NCBI GenBank assembly: GCA_964016885.1
Contig: OZ024745.1
Location: 105,276,001-105,340,000, forward strand
DNA length: 64,000 nucleotides
Reading direction: 5' to 3'
Origin: Eledone cirrhosa
Lineage: Eukaryota
Every line of letters begins with the position of its first letter. Within the stretch, counting starts at the first letter, position 1. Of this stretch, positions 41,231 through 56,188 are shown in pieces. The notes beneath the pieces were generated by a model. The model saw only the letters and a program-made list of their open reading frames with translations, did not search any database and was not told the origin of the DNA. Made by a program: the position numbers and the translations under genes.

Positions 41231-43261
41231 CAATCAAGCAGTTCACCCAGTTAGAAGTCTTGATTACACAACTGCAGATAGAGAGTCACTTACAACCAAG
41301 CAGCCAAGACACAAATCAGCGGTGATACCTTTATTATCAGTAGCTCATTAACACAACTTTACAGCGTCATAATTGATTGTTCCAGACACCAAGAATATAA
41401 TTTCATTACCTTCCAGCTTTATTAAAAGCACCTGTTAGTGGAATCGTTACACTATACATGTATTACACGATATACAAACATTACTGTGAAGACTTATTTG
41501 TATATCCACACACATACCTGTGTAAACCCACATATAGACACAGGCAAATGCACATATACTCCGACATCTTTTTGTAAAAATGAAGCTTTCGCTTCTTTTC
41601 CATAATTTTTCACAGTATTTCGGTTAGCGTTACTGCATGCTGAAGTTGAAGCCCTTCTATGTTAACAATAACTTTAGTTTCTATATCAAAGATGTCATAG
41701 TTAAGATAACTTGCTACCGGCAAGTACATAGTATTTATTCCCATCCTGTGTTTATTATAGAATAACACAATCTTTATCGATTTATTGTTATTCGCCTTTC
41801 AGTTGAATCTATATTGTCTACAAAGTAAATAAAGATATTCCCTTAAACGAGAGAATATTACATGGGATAATATTTTGTAAGATCAGAGCAGATAGAAACT
41901 CGACTGCTCTTTACTCTGATGAAATATATTCTATTATTCTCAGAATATTGTGATACCCTTTACAGTTTTCTTGACATTTACTCGCTGATAGCACTGTATG
42001 GTTGGAGTGGTCTCTTATGGCGGTATTGATATAATACCTTCCTTCATTTAGGCGTGAAGATTTAAATTTATAGGAGGGAAATAGATTTTGACAGTTATGA
42101 ATTTCTCAAGCACTTTTACGACTGTAGTGAATCAATAATGATTAATATATCTATGGAGGGCATCATAAAGAAAGAAGCAAGTTTCTGATGCATCGTAATT
42201 GTCATCCTGGGTTTCTTTCTTCTCTGTTGACGCCGCTATTACTTTTGGAAAAAGCGTAAATAACACTATATTTTGCACGTTCTGCAAAATATCAGACCGC
42301 TGTGTCTTTTCAAAAAGCAACAAATAACGATTCTACTTGTCAAAGAATAGAACTTAATTTTTAAAGAGCAGGTTGTTATCGTTATAGGAAAGTCATCTTT
42401 AGTCAGCTGCCTTTTCTTATCCATAAATTTCTCGCCTGCCTCTTTATTTTTGTTTTATGGATCCGTCTCTTTCAGCTCATATGGTGCCCTCTTCCGCTAT
42501 TGTTTCTTCTAGTTTCAAATCCCCCCCGACCATCATGTTGCATTTATGTCATCTTCCTATGAAATTAAGGTTTGCATATAAGACACACAATTCGACAGCT
42601 ATTCAACACATTATGGTTTCCTTTGCAAGATTGTCTGAAAATCCTCTAAAATCTATTGAGAAAGAAGAACCTTAGACGCTGACTAGTTTTTCATTTTCTT
42701 TCTGATTATAGATTTCTCTCGGTTCTTTTCCCCATGTTGACATATACACACTTGTCTTAATGATGCAATGAATGTCATTTAAAGAGCAGACCTCTTCATT
42801 TTATCAGTTTTTCTCTCTTTTTGCGACAATGTCAATCATGTGAAATGAAGTGAAATTGTAAAGTTTAGTCACATGCGGTGGCGAGCAAAGAAAAATGAAT
42901 TCCTTCTATGCGTTTGTATATATGGAAATCAGTAATGTTTGGCATAAATAATTATGGTAAAATATCGATTCTAAAGTATTGCAATGTTTTGGTTGTTTGG
43001 TTGTTCAATGCTAATCACGTGTGACTTTTACGTCTCTGAAGCAAAGGCATTTCGTGAAGGTCACGCAACAGATTTCTATACAAATATATTAGTTTTTTCT
43101 CTCCAAAGAAATAAGCTAAATATTTAAAAACGTAATATTATCTAATGAAAAGGGTGAGAACACATTATGTAAACGACGGCGACCGTACAGGCAAGCAGAA
43201 GCTAAGGTGATACATATGAATGAAGAACATTTTCAATGACAGCAGAGGACGTTATAAATAT

Positions 43262-43305
<44 letters not shown>

Positions 43306-43352
43306 TCTCTACCACTACAACTACGACTAATAATAAAAATAATAATGATGAT

Positions 43353-44050
43353 AATTGTTTCTACTTTTGGCACAAGGCCAGCAATTACCCAGTGTATTAC
43401 TGGTACTTTATTTTATCGACCCCGTAAGGATAAAAGGCAAAGTTAAGCTCGGCGAGATTTAAACTCAGAATGGCAAGGGCCGTAACTCTATGCGTCAAAG
43501 CATGGCGTCCGACCCTCTACCGATACTGCCAATCCACCACCCTTATAATAATAATAATAATTGTTTCTACTTTTGGCACAAGGCCACCAATTATCCCAGT
43601 GTATTACTGGTACTTTATTTTATCGACCCCGTAAGGATGATAGGCAAAGTTATAATAATAATAATGATTTCTACTATGGGCACAAGGCCAGCAGTTTGAA
43701 GGGGAAAGGCAAGTCGACCAAATCGACCTCAGTGTGTTTCTGGTACTTTATTTTATCGACCCCCACCAATCCACCACCCTAATAATAATAATAATTGTTT
43801 CTACTTTTGGCACAAGGGCAGCAATTACCTAGTGGATAATGATTTCTACTGTAGGTACAAGGTCAGTAATTTTTGGGGAGGGAAAAATCGATTCCATCGC
43901 CCCCAGTGCATTACTGGTGCTTTATTTTATCGACCCCATAAAGATGGAAGGCAAAACTATCCTTGGCGAGATTTGATCTCAGAATGTAATGTAAAGGGCC
44001 ATAACTCTATGCCACAAAGCATAGTGTCCGACGCTCTATTTAACTGCCAA
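43353..44050 (-). mobile_element. Cluster of ~5 full or partial SINEs (two subtypes) in (AAT)n spacers
   Basis: Repeated AATTGTTTCTACTTTTGGCACAAGG and AATGATTTCTAC..GCACAAGG ends separated by AAT runs. Confidence 0.8.
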
Positions 44051-44908
44051 TATCCCAAGAATCACAAATATAGACAACATACAAAAAATATCACTACCTA
44101 CCATTGCACACACATTAAATTGAACAACAAAAACAAAGTAAAAATATATCACAGCAAACCAAAACTCGCGTTGTTCTCGGAAGAAACTCATTCAAAATTC
44201 TCTCTGCCAGGGCCATGGTTTCATATCCCTCCAATGATTTGCAAATAACATGAGGTTGTATAGCTATCAATTAATGGTTTAGCCAAAAGGTTTACAGAGG
44301 CTTAACCACAATAATATCAAAGAGGAAAACATGAACATAACCGTTTTCTAGAAGAGTAGAAGCGTTGTTGTATTGCTTTCCATGACTGTAAAGTTCTACG
44401 GATAAATACAACAAAGGGAATTATAAAACTTTACCTCAACCTTATTATATGAATATTTCCACACTGCATCACTTTTCTGTCTGGCTCTATGCTTTTAACC
44501 AAAATATTATACCAGACTGAACTTGAATACGTATATCACGACCTCGAATTATACTTTACTATAAGAACTAGTATGAGATTTGGATTAAATAAATAAATAA
44601 ATCAAGGTAGATTAAAATCAGTTAAGAATATTAATATTCTACTAAATAAAGGAACAGAGATAAAGGAATTAAGATAAATACAAACATACAGATACTTAGA
44701 GATCGCCGAACTAGAATAAGTTAAACACACAAATGAACGAAGAGGATACCAAAGAATATTATACACGCATTAGAATAAATCTTAAAACCGAGATAAATTG
44801 ACAGATAACGCAACAGGCATCCGTACTCTCGTTGACGCAGCATTGGTTTATAATATTCTACGCAATAAGAGCTAAATAAGCAAAACAAGACAGAAAAAGG
44901 CCATATAT

Positions 44909-45685
44909 AATTGTTTCTACCTTTGGCACAAGGCCAGCAATTACCCAGTGTATTACTGGTACTTTATTTTATCGACCCCGTAAGGATGAAAGGCAAAGTT
45001 AACCTCGGCGGGATTTGAACTCAGACCATAAAGGGCCGTAACTCTTTGCTGCAAAGCATGGCGTCCGATCCTCTACCGATACTGCCAAATAATTGTTTCT
45101 ACTTTAGGCACAAGGCCAGCAATTACCCAGTGCATTACTGGTACTTTATTTTATCGACCCCGTAAGGATGAAAGGCAAAGTTATCCTCGGCGGGATTTGA
45201 ACTCAGACCATAAAGGGCCGTAACTCTTTGCTGCAAAGCATGGCGTCCGACCCTCTACCGATACTGCCAAATAATGATTTCTAACATAGGCACAAGATTA
45301 ACAATCTCTGTATAGGGGGAAGTCAATTATATTGATCCCAGTATGTAAATGGTAATTTATCTTATCGACTCCAGAAGGTTGATAGGCAGAGTTGACCTTG
45401 GAGGTGGATTTGACATCAGTACGTAAAGCACTGTAATTAAATGCCGATCATTTTATCCAACGCTCTAACAATTCTGTCAATACACCACCCTCAATAATAA
45501 TAATAATGTTTGTTTCTACTTTTGGCACAAGGCCAGCAATTATCCCAGTACATTACTGGAGCTTTATTTTATTGACCCCAAAAGGATGAAAAGCAAAGCT
45601 AACCTCGGTGGGATTTGAACGTAAAGAACCATAACTAAATACTACAAAGCATTTTGTCCGACGCTCTACCAATTCTGCCAATCTG
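44909..45685 (-). mobile_element. Head-to-tail SINE cluster (two near-identical ~182-bp copies plus two older copies)
   Basis: 44909-45090 is nearly identical to 45091-45271. Diverged copies follow. Confidence 0.82.
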
Positions 45686-46392
45686 TATTTAGAATGCGCT
45701 ACCAAAAATCTGACATAGAAATATTATAATTACCGCAGTTCTGAGGAAGCAGTGTCCTTGTACATCTAGAAATCTATTACAAAATATCCACTAGGAACTA
45801 GAAATATGAACAGCAATATACAGCGAAAACAATAGAAACATAATAACAATCGTTATAAAATACGAACAAAACAAGTTTCCAGTTTTCAAAGAAGTCAACG
45901 AATACAAAACAACACAGAGTTTATAGTGTCAAACAGTTATGAAAACAAAGAATCAACAGAAATTGTAAACAAAGCTCCAGTAAATGAAGCTAGAAAAAGC
46001 TTAACTAAAACAATATTAAGAAAAACTCTTACATGACAAATACCTGATAAACATGAACAGGAGGAAACATATGACGAAAAACCACAGGATTAGTTGTAAA
46101 ACGTAGAAATCAAACCTATATAAATGTATGGGATATGTTTTTGCTAAGGAATATTTCTGATGAGAACTGATACAAATTGATATTGAAATGTAAAAGATAG
46201 GTTTTGTTGTTAAAGTGCATAATGGTTGTAGTTTTTCATGATTCATTTTGATTATAAAGATTTACAAACAATTTGAAAATATTCACAGGGGAAAAAGAAA
46301 ACTGTTTTTCCATATTTAAAAAAAAATAATGTCTACCAGGTTTGTATTAAAATATGTGCATATACTATACGCACTGCCGCGCACACACACAG

Positions 46393-46489
<97 letters not shown>

Positions 46490-46490
<1 letters not shown>

Positions 46491-46833
46491 CCATGCCAAC
46501 CTCCGAAAACCCAAACGGGGAGTACCATGAAAAAAAGTGCCCTAAAACGGGGAGAAATTAAGCAAAATGTGGAGATTTTATATAATTGTTTCTACTTTTG
46601 GCACAAGGCCAGCAATTATCCCAGTGTATTACTGGTACTTTATTTTATCGACCCCTTAAGGATGAAAGGCAAAGTTAACCTCGGCGGGTTTTGAACTCAG
46701 TCCGTAAAGGGACGTAACTGTGGAGATTTTATATAATGAAAGCTATATCCATTTTCACAAGAGAAGTCATCTCTCACCCAACCCAATGTGGGTAGGAGAT
46801 CTCCCTGTCTGACGGGGAGAGTTAACAGGTCTG
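46490..46833. mobile_element. MITE copy with a nested 5'-truncated SINE (46584-46718, minus) and 19-bp TSD
   Basis: TGTGGAGATTTTATATAAT at 46568-46586 and 46719-46737. Confidence 0.82.
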
Positions 46834-48084
46834 GAATAGCCTGAACTTTAATATATATTGGTTAGTTTTTGTGCATGTCATAGCAAATTTTACAATTTAT
46901 GAAAAGAATACAATAAAAAGTACATCCCGTAAAATATCACGATGATTCCAAAACATTACAATTGTGTATAATACAAACTTTGCTAAAAGCTATCTCTATA
47001 TAAAAATGTCAGTGTATCCGTCTTATACTCAGAAATTAAACACAAACATCGACGAAACCATTTATATTTTATTGTCCACGCCAGCGGTACATACTGAGTT
47101 CGATATGAGCTGATTGCTTGCTCTTCACATGGATGTGTATATATCTAGACATACACTTTTTTGGACGATACGGATGTGTATATACCATAACATACACTAT
47201 TTGGAGATACGGATGTTACAATTCAATCTATACACGTATAACAGAACACTGAACTGAACTTACTTGCTTGTGTGTGTATGTGTGTGTTTATGGGGCTGTG
47301 GTTGACCCAACATTTCCAATTTGCATCGTCAAATTGTGATTTAACCAATGTAGCATTTGCTGTTTTGTAAACTAACTTTCGGTGAATGCTATGTTGGTAT
47401 ATTCTTATATATATTTATTGTTTTTTCTTTGACATCGCTTCGGTGTGTGTGAGTGTGTGTGTGTGTACCCACTCACACTAATTGTGACCGTCTATAGTTC
47501 TACAGATTTTATACTGTGTTGATGTGTTTATATATATATATATATATTTATTTTTTATTTTTTATTTGACCTCGAGTCGATGTGTGTGGGTGTTGAGTGT
47601 GTGTGTACCCACTCACATTAACTGTGACCGACTGTATTTCTACAGATTTGATTGATGCCCAGCGTCTTTTGCAGGATATAGAAATTTGATAGTTTTATGA
47701 CCTGAACTGAAGTTGATAGCAGTCGCCGCATTTTGACTGCTAGATCTTCATATGAGGGAATAAACTCTGTGAATGAACATTGCTAATTTTCTCCCTCATA
47801 TCAAGAATTTGAAGACAATTCATTTTCACCTGATGAGATCAGCGATAATTGATCATGGCTTCACGATCGATCTATCCCTTATTGAAACATGTGTCGTGAT
47901 TAAAATGATTGGAAATTTTACTTTGCCTTCGGATTTTCATTTTGATACTAATACTCCTTTTTACATCATCTAGCTGTTCCCTTGAATGGAATTGGAGATA
48001 TACTAAAGCGTGGAGAACTTAATATTGCTAACAAAAATTTATTGGACCGTTTTGCACAACCAATAATGCACCTTACTATATAAC

Positions 48085-48124
<40 letters not shown>

Positions 48125-48340
48125 ATAAATTAACGGAGCCATAGACTCTCGTTATTCTCTGTCAATAATGTGTTTAAATATAAAGGAATCCTGAGCTCTT
48201 TAAAATACATGTTGAAAAGGTAACACACTAGAGAGAGAAAGTGTGCCATCAATAACACAGGGAAAACCACCAGTGTATGGAATCTATACTCTATGGAAGG
48301 CAGGGTAGACACACAATAATTGAAAATATAAATTAAAATG

Positions 48341-48478
48341 TATATACGCACCTCTATAACTATATAACACACGCGTACAAATCCAAAGAGATCTGTTTCG
48401 CCAAGAGGTAGCTGACTGAAATGGAATAGCCTAAGATCTTTGGATGTGTACGCGTGTGTTATATAGTTATAGAGGTGC

Positions 48479-48485
<7 letters not shown>
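48341..48485. repeat. Inverted repeat abutting (TA)n with GAAAC half-HHR
   Basis: TATATACGCACCTCTATAAC..TCCAAAG and CTTTGGA..GTTATAGAGGTGCGTATATA. Confidence 0.75.
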
Positions 48486-48551
<66 letters not shown>

Positions 48552-48552
<1 letters not shown>

Positions 48553-48727
48553 GAGGTGGGTCAGAAAGGTTCCAGGACTGATGTCACAAAAAATTTATTT
48601 CAAACCCAAACTTCACACTAAGAGTTTTCTCCTTCAAAGTAATCTCCCTGGAGTATGTGACTGTAATCTTAGTTCTCTGCAGCGATCAAACTTTTTTCTT
48701 CAGAATTTTATATACATGTCCTCTGTT
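48552..48727 (+). mobile_element. 5' end (TIR + leader) of the same mariner family as 4917-5815
   Basis: Reverse-complement match to 5640-5815, starting in (TA)n. Confidence 0.85.
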
Positions 48728-48907
48728 TAGTATTTTTTCAACCTAGCTAACTTGCTCATTTGCAATTGGAACACATGTGTACTTATATCAAAAAGATTCT
48801 TGTTTCCAACAAGAATCTTTTTGAATTGTTTCCAAAAGAATTGTTTACAACAAGATGGCGCAAAATAGAAAAAAGGAGAGGCACAAAAACAAAGAAAAGA
48901 ATCCCCA

Positions 48908-48950
48908 GTCACTGAAGAGGTCACAAAATGTGTGACGAAAGAACTTTGAC
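48908..48950 (+). ncRNA. Minimal hammerhead ribozyme
   Basis: GTCA-CTGAAGA-G-GTCAC AAAATGT GTGAC-GAAA-G AA CTT-TGAC. Confidence 0.7.
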
Positions 48951-49082
48951 AATATATGAGCAACCGTCCGGTTATGGAACCAACCGACTAACCGGAAATT
49001 TATAAATTCTTTAATTTATAAATTTAATTTATAATAAATTGGAGTGAAAGCAACTGGTGCATGTGTTTTTTATTGGCAACAT

Positions 49083-49221
<139 letters not shown>

Positions 49222-49309
49222 TATACATATTTACATATATACATATATGTAAGTATATATATATATATATACATATAATATATATATATTTGTAAGTATA
49301 CACCCCCCG

Positions 49310-49346
<37 letters not shown>

Positions 49347-49604
49347 AACACACATATATATATATATATATATATATTTACATATATACATATATATATA
49401 TATATGTCAGTAGGCACCTCTTAACAAAAATACACCCCTCGTCCCACTACCCCCACCCCATCCACACCACCCCTTTCGATGTAAAGTTATGTTGGTATCA
49501 CAACATCTCGTTCGAAATAAATGAGGTCGTGTAGGTGTCACGACAAGAAAACACACAGTCCACGCTGTAATGTGGTCGTGTAGGTAACACGGTAAAAACC
49601 TCCC

Positions 49605-49740
49605 AGTCCACACTGTAAACATGGTTGGTGTTAGGAAGCGCATCCAGCCGTAGAAAACCCGCCAGACAAGTGGGAAAATTCCCGTCCAAACCCATGCAAG
49701 CGTGGAAGATGGACGTTAAACGATGATGATGATGATGATA
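49605..49740 (+). mobile_element. SINE 3' portion with RTE-like tail ending in (GAT)n
   Basis: GGTTGGTGTTAGGAAGCGCATCCAGCCGTAGAAA..GGACGTTAAACGATGATGAT. Confidence 0.55.
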
Positions 49741-49752
49741 TATGTAAGTATA

Positions 49753-49805
<53 letters not shown>

Positions 49806-50095
49806 CGTGTCCCAACGACTTTTTTTTAGCCGTTGCTCGCACCAACCTGAGGTATATGGCCTTTAATGCGACGAAATGCCTACGACGGTTGGATGGCCAC
49901 TGATGAGGACAAACATTTTCATATATATATATATATATATATATTGTTAGACTTGGGGAGGGTCATATTTGTGTAATATTGCCAGAATTAATAACAGAAC
50001 ACACTCATATATATATGTAAGTCTACTATCCAGGAAATAGTTGAACCGTTAAGTTCTTTTTCCTGGTTATGTCAATATTTATAAAACAAACTTTG

Positions 50096-50156
50096 TATTT
50101 TATCTGATGAGAGTGTACCAAAGTTTTGGTACCCTTGAAATATATATAATAGAATA
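50096..50156 (+). ncRNA. Hammerhead ribozyme (homologue of 7484)
   Basis: TATTTTAT-CTGATGA-GAG T GTACC..GGTAC C CTT-GAAA-T ATAT ATA-ATAGAATA. The downstream ~120 bp match 7548-7675. Confidence 0.75.
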
Positions 50157-50338
50157 AATATGGTTTTATAAATATAGTTTCCATTTATTGAATATAATAC
50201 TCCCCAAAACTTGTCGAGTGCTTTGAATCAGTTATAGACATTTATATTTGTTGAATTACCAACAAATTTAATATCCCTTTTGCTTATATATGTGTATATA
50301 TATATATATATATATAAATATATATATATATACATTCA

Positions 50339-50392
<54 letters not shown>

Positions 50393-50795
50393 TATATGTA
50401 TATATATATATATATATATAAAATATGTATATATGTGTATATATATATATATGTTTATGTATGTATGTATGTAAGTACGTATGTAAGTATATATAAACAG
50501 CCAGTCACGTACATGCAATTGGTGGCGTAAACATTTGTACTCGTTAACCTATTTGTCGATGTACAATGACACGCATACATTCACCAGAACATGATCGTGC
50601 AGACATCCAGCCGCACGCCTGTCTAAATGCATACAGTGGCTTTCATGTACTTTTATGTCAATAATGTAGATTTGCTGCCGATAGTAGATATGCTAAATTT
50701 TGTCAGTACATTTTGACTGATGTGTTCGGTTAAGATGTCATTATTTCATTCAGCACGTCTCTTGTAAACTATCTCATTGACATACATAAACCTGG

Positions 50796-50856
<61 letters not shown>

Positions 50857-50857
<1 letters not shown>

Positions 50858-51186
50858 GAAAGATGGGTGAAAGTGGCGAGAATGGCCCGTGTGAATGGCC
50901 TTCACTCTACATCAGACTATAGGTGAGGAAGATGAAAGACCAAGGGAGCACCCCTTCTCTGCGCTCCCGAGGAAAAGGGTTGCACACTTTTTTTCGGGGG
51001 TGTGTGCGACCCCCCAAGGCGCCTCCTCTCTATTGAGGACTTTGTTATAAATATTATTTTTTGTTATTTTTTATTTTATTTTTATATATTGTTATTGCCT
51101 CCTCCTTATTGAGGACGCCTTGTTTTGTAAACTCCCCCCATTGTACTTGTCCCACTTTTGATGCCCTGGTGGCAAATAAAAGAAAC
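50857..51186 (+). mobile_element. Short 3' fragment of a Tx1-like LINE in (TATC)n
   Basis: ERWVKVARMARVNG-type end plus 3' UTR ending CCCTGGTGGCAAATAAAAGAAAC-(ATCT)n. Confidence 0.75.
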
Positions 51187-51187
51187 A

Positions 51188-51235
<48 letters not shown>

Positions 51236-51236
<1 letters not shown>

Positions 51237-52230
51237 GCAGTCCTGGGTCAAGCAGAGACCGAGGAAAATGGGCGACTGGCACATCGAATGTGCTCAGGCG
51301 CTCACAGCCCTCTGGCAGGCGGACCCGGCGATCAGTGGAGACTCCACTTCGTCATTCTATAGAGGGTTGGTCCGCAGCAAGTGCGACGACGCGCTCGGTG
51401 AAACTCTAGGCGTGGAGGAAGATGAACTGGCCAGTCTGTTCGGTAGGACCTTCCGCCCGGGACCGATGGACAACTTCCAAAAGTCCCTGGCCTGGCAGTG
51501 CTACCGAGGAGCTCTACCAGTTCGAGACAAGCTCTACAGACATGGGCGCCCGGGCAGGGACCCTGCAAAAAAGATCTGTCCGAGGTGCGTGCGAGACGAA
51601 GAAACCGTCGCGCACGCATTCATACACTGCCCGGGCGTCACTGACCTGTGGGGCTATGTAGAACGACTATTGTCGCGGGTGGGACCAATCCAGTTGACCA
51701 CCGAGTCCATTGTCATGATCAAACCGCCACCCTCCTTCAAAAACGAAGGAGAGGCGGTTTTCCTTTGTGTGATAGCTATGGCGAAAGAGGTTGTATGGTG
51801 GACAAGGTTGAAAGGGCTGAGGTCAGACACCTTTCTCTCCGGCCAACAACTGATTCTTTTTTTCAAATACCACTTTGGAAGAAGAATCAGGATGGAGAGA
51901 GAGGTGCTGTACCCCAGCAAGTTTTATGAAAGGTGGGTGAAAGTGGCGAGAATGGCCCGAGTGAATGGGCCTTCTCTCTATATCAGCCTGTAGGTTGAGG
52001 AAAAGGAGGAGGAGAGGAAAGGAGTACAAGCTCTTCGTACTCCTGGAGATGAGGGTTGCACATTTTTTTCAGGGGTCTGTGTTACCCATATAAACTGTCT
52101 CCCTCTATTGGGGAAAATCGACTAACTTTTAAATTCCATCTGTGATAACATTTTACACGTTTTTATTGTATGTAAACTTCCCCCTTTGTATTTGTCCCCT
52201 TCTTTTGTGCCCCTGTGGCTAATAAAGAAA
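51236..52230 (+). mobile_element. L1/Tx1-like LINE 3' fragment (open zf-RVT frame to 51993) in (TATC)n
   Basis: WQCYRGALPVRDKLYRHG..CPRCVRDEETVAHAFIHCP. Homologous to 20000-21275 and flanked by (ATCT)n. Confidence 0.85.
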
Positions 52231-52320
52231 TATATCTATCTATCTATCTATCTATTAATCTATCTATCTATCTATTTGTTTAGATATGTATCTACCCCCC
52301 CCCCCCCACACACACACACA

Positions 52321-52352
<32 letters not shown>

Positions 52353-52691
52353 GTCTGTCTTTACACCCGAAAGTATAACAAAATCATTGTCTGGAAGTGT
52401 AGCCATTCCTAGAACAGTGAAGACGATACACTTTCGCTATTCAGGTACAAAATATAGCTACTAAATATCTAAACACAGCTCTTAGATCTTGGGTTTAGAT
52501 TCTCAGTTGTACCTATAATCGTAGGTGCAGTGAACTGTGTCCACAATAGATTTACTTAACCGCCTGGAAATACTAGCTTTTTCTGAGAAACAACAAAACA
52601 ATCTCACACCCTTCAGACTGAATTGATTCGTGGCAGAGTGTAGATTTACAAAACACCCCTACATATATGTACATATATATATATGCACACA

Positions 52692-52753
<62 letters not shown>

Positions 52754-52758
52754 GCAGA

Positions 52759-52843
52759 GGTCTGACGAGTTTTTGATTCCAGAGTCGGGCTAGATCGATA
52801 CATATCGAACCTTCAGTTGAACAATAGCGAAACGCGCGTCACT
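52759..52843 (+). ncRNA. Hammerhead motif with long stem II
   Basis: GGT-CTGACGA-GTT..AGC-GAAA-C GCGC GTC-ACT, with palindromic stem III ACGCGCGT. ATAAA follows. Confidence 0.65.
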
Positions 52844-53055
52844 AGTCCATAAACATAATGAAGACTTTACAAATCGTTCTTTTATTATTATATTTACACT
52901 CTGCTTAGTTCTAAACCTCTTTACAGACAGGAAACTACGCATCGAGTGCTGCTCACTCGGGTGAATCTACGCCGAGTGAATTTAACTGCACCTTACACTC
53001 CCTAGGTGTATATATATAATATATACTTCGCTTATACTCATTATTTTTATTATCT

Positions 53056-53235
53056 GGATTTGCAGTATCGGTAGAGGGTCGGACGCCATGCTTTCCAGCA
53101 TAGTTACGTCCTTTTACGATCTGAGTTCAAATCCCGCCGTTGACTTTGCCTTTCATCCTTACGGGGTCGATAAAATAAAGTACCAGTAATGCACTGGGTA
53201 ATTGCTGGCCTTGTACCTAAAGTAGAAACAATTAT
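53056..53235 (+). mobile_element. tRNA-derived SINE
   Basis: Consensus match. Confidence 0.85.
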
Positions 53236-53299
53236 TATCAGTGTGGATTAGATCATCACATGCATAAAAAATCGATCCTTCTCTAAACGTCTTTTGCTG

Positions 53300-53835
53300 A
53301 TTAATCACTGGGTGTATGGCCTCTACGTACTTAGTGGTATTGCTCCCCATCAGAAGGACAGTCCACTCCCAACTTGAGAAGTTGAAGCAGGAAACTGGCC
53401 CTTCTCATTCACTCCATGGCTATGAACCAATGATAAAGAGGCTCAAGTCAAGACACATCCTTCTACATTCAGTCGAACTACTGAACATTAGAGTTTCTAG
53501 TCAGCGCCTGACTCTGTGATACAGCCACCTAAACAACGTGGAACACAGGCTCTCCGTCAGCCCTACAGCTCCACTGATGCCTGACAATTCTGGTCCTTCC
53601 CGAATTGCCTCCGAACAGCTGTTGGTCGCTGTAGAGCCAACTTTCAGAAATGGGTATATGCCACCAATGATGTTTCCAACTGCCAATGCCGCCAATTGTA
53701 AACTATGGAGCACCTTTAGATGCCCAAATCTTGAAGATTCATGCACACTTAACGACCTTGGAACCTTACACCCAGGCAAGGCTCGTGAGCAACACTGGAG
53801 GGGTGTGATGTAACGACTTGATAATAATGATAATT
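53300..53835 (+). pseudogene. Decayed Ingi/Vingi-like LINE 3' fragment
   Basis: ITGC, LYVLSGIAP, KQETGPSHSLHG..RLKSRH, MEHL, CPNLEDSCTLNDL motifs across frames, ending in a TAA-type tail. Confidence 0.5.
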
Positions 53836-54691
53836 TATTATTCTTTCATGCAAAGATATCAGGTTTTGATCCTCCTATCTTCTCCTTGCATTAGAATATG
53901 GTAGTACGTAATTTGAGGGATATTTGCCAGTTATTTCAAGCAAATCAAGCGACGAAGTATAGGCACTATCATCTTGATCTGTTTCCCGCTTTCTTTAGAA
54001 TAAAGTAGAACTCTGCTTCTAGAAGAACAGTCGTTTAGTGTCTCATACGTTACATTTATAATGTTTTACTATTTTAAGTAATGATCAATAAGTGACAAAA
54101 GCTATTTTTTCTCCATAGAAACATTTTCGTATCACTTAATTCTAGTTTCACAATTTCATTTATCGTCTGATTGATTTTTCTGTATTTCATATATCTAGTC
54201 TAGACATTATATTCCTATAAAAAAAAATTAAATTTTACTCTCGCCAGGAAAAATTCCCAGATAAACTACTCATTTGAAATTACATTAATGCAATCTTTTT
54301 TTAAAAAATAAAAGGAATATGCTTGTATGGACGTTATTTTAAAAAAAATACACAAAATCTCCTTCCATTGATTATATTTCCATTCTATTTGTTAAAGTTG
54401 TGTCTTGTCACCAGAGGAAAAAATCAAACGTAGGCTTAACACTTAAATACCATGCTCAGCAACGTTTGATTTGTGGTTTGGTGCGTTAATGCAAATGGAT
54501 ATATAAGCACGACTGTATGTATAACCATCATAGTGGACAGATCTGAGAAGTATCCCTTTCATGTTTTGTTCAGAATAATTCTGTGGCGGAGGACATCACG
54601 CACAACCACTTAACTAGTTGTCGTACTCGTGACTGAGTGAGAGTCAATTACGATAATATATATATATATATATATATAAAAATATATGCAT

Positions 54692-54730
<39 letters not shown>

Positions 54731-54787
54731 TATATACATATATATATACAATCGTATATATATGTATATACATACGTATATGTATAT

Positions 54788-54844
<57 letters not shown>

Positions 54845-55066
54845 CGTAATTATATATATATATTCTTAGAGACCGGTGATGGAGTGAATTTCATATTAAA
54901 TGGGTAAAGCTATATTAGTTGCGTGTAAACAATACGAACACGCATCGAAACGTTTGATTTTAAGATAAGTATTATACTATGAATTAATTTACTGTCACTA
55001 TTGCCGACGCAGTACAGTACAGAAGTTTTGAAAATTAAACCTATATATCTAAATATATAATGTATT

Positions 55067-55183
<117 letters not shown>

Positions 55184-55198
55184 AAAATTTACATATGC

Positions 55199-55600
55199 AT
55201 AAAGTCATAGATATATATGTTGCAACCGGTCACGTTGTGGCTTAATGAAGAATTAATAAATTAAATAATCAGATCAATATATCATAAATCATGTCCTTAG
55301 AATTATTAGATAAAATATATACCATTTCCTCTCCTAATTAGCATAATTAACCATACACAAAATCAATTAGACCAGGCTATAAGAATAAATAACCGAAAGC
55401 GGCCTCTTCGCGGTGGCCCCAATAGAGTATTTATCCAACATTTCAACAGCATGTAGAAACTGACTAAATATACCGTCAACCATACACAATTAGGTGTAAA
55501 TTCAAACTTAGAAGAAATGTGATGGTTAATTATGCTAATTGGGAGAGGAAATCGTATATATTTTATCTAATAATTCTAAGGACATGATTTATGATATATA
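55199..55600. repeat. PLE-terminus-like cassette with ~78-bp-arm inverted repeat (55277-55354 / 55522-55599)
   Basis: Homologous to 21310-21500 and flanked by (TA)n. Confidence 0.7.
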
Positions 55601-55689
55601 TATATATATATATATACATTTTTCCATTGGTCTTTCCAATTGCTAATACTATCTATCGGTCGCAACTCCAGGTAGACGGAGCAACGTAA

Positions 55690-55792
55690 AATAAAGTGTC
55701 TTGCCCAAAGACATAACGCAACACTCGGCCTGGGAATCGAACGGACAACCTCACGATTGCGAATTCAATCCTCTAATCTCTCAGCCATGCGC
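55690..55792 (-). mobile_element. Old CORE-like tRNA SINE fragment
   Basis: GTGTCTTGCCCAAAGACA and GGAATCGAAC (reverse B-box). A similar piece lies at 56040-56120. Confidence 0.45.
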
Positions 55793-55795
55793 CTT

Positions 55796-55888
<93 letters not shown>

Positions 55889-56146
55889 TGAAACGTCTGC
55901 CTGTAATGTATTTGTAAAGGAGTTACAGTGTCATACTGTGTCTGACAAGACCAGCCTTTTGAATAAGAGGTATAGGCCAACATTTTTCGTTCACCCAAAG
56001 TCACCGACAAGTTATAGGCTGACCCGAGGCTTGATATATAGGTCACTTGCCCAAGATGCCACACAGCAGAATCGGACCTGGGACTCAATGATTGCAAAGC
56101 CAACTTCTTAACCATTTGGCCATGCACGTACGCAAAGGTACGCACG

Positions 56147-56183
<37 letters not shown>

Positions 56184-56188
<5 letters not shown>

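Noticed and set aside
49899-49912. CTGATGAGGAC hammerhead core
   Set aside because: Only the 5' half is present, truncated by (TA)n.
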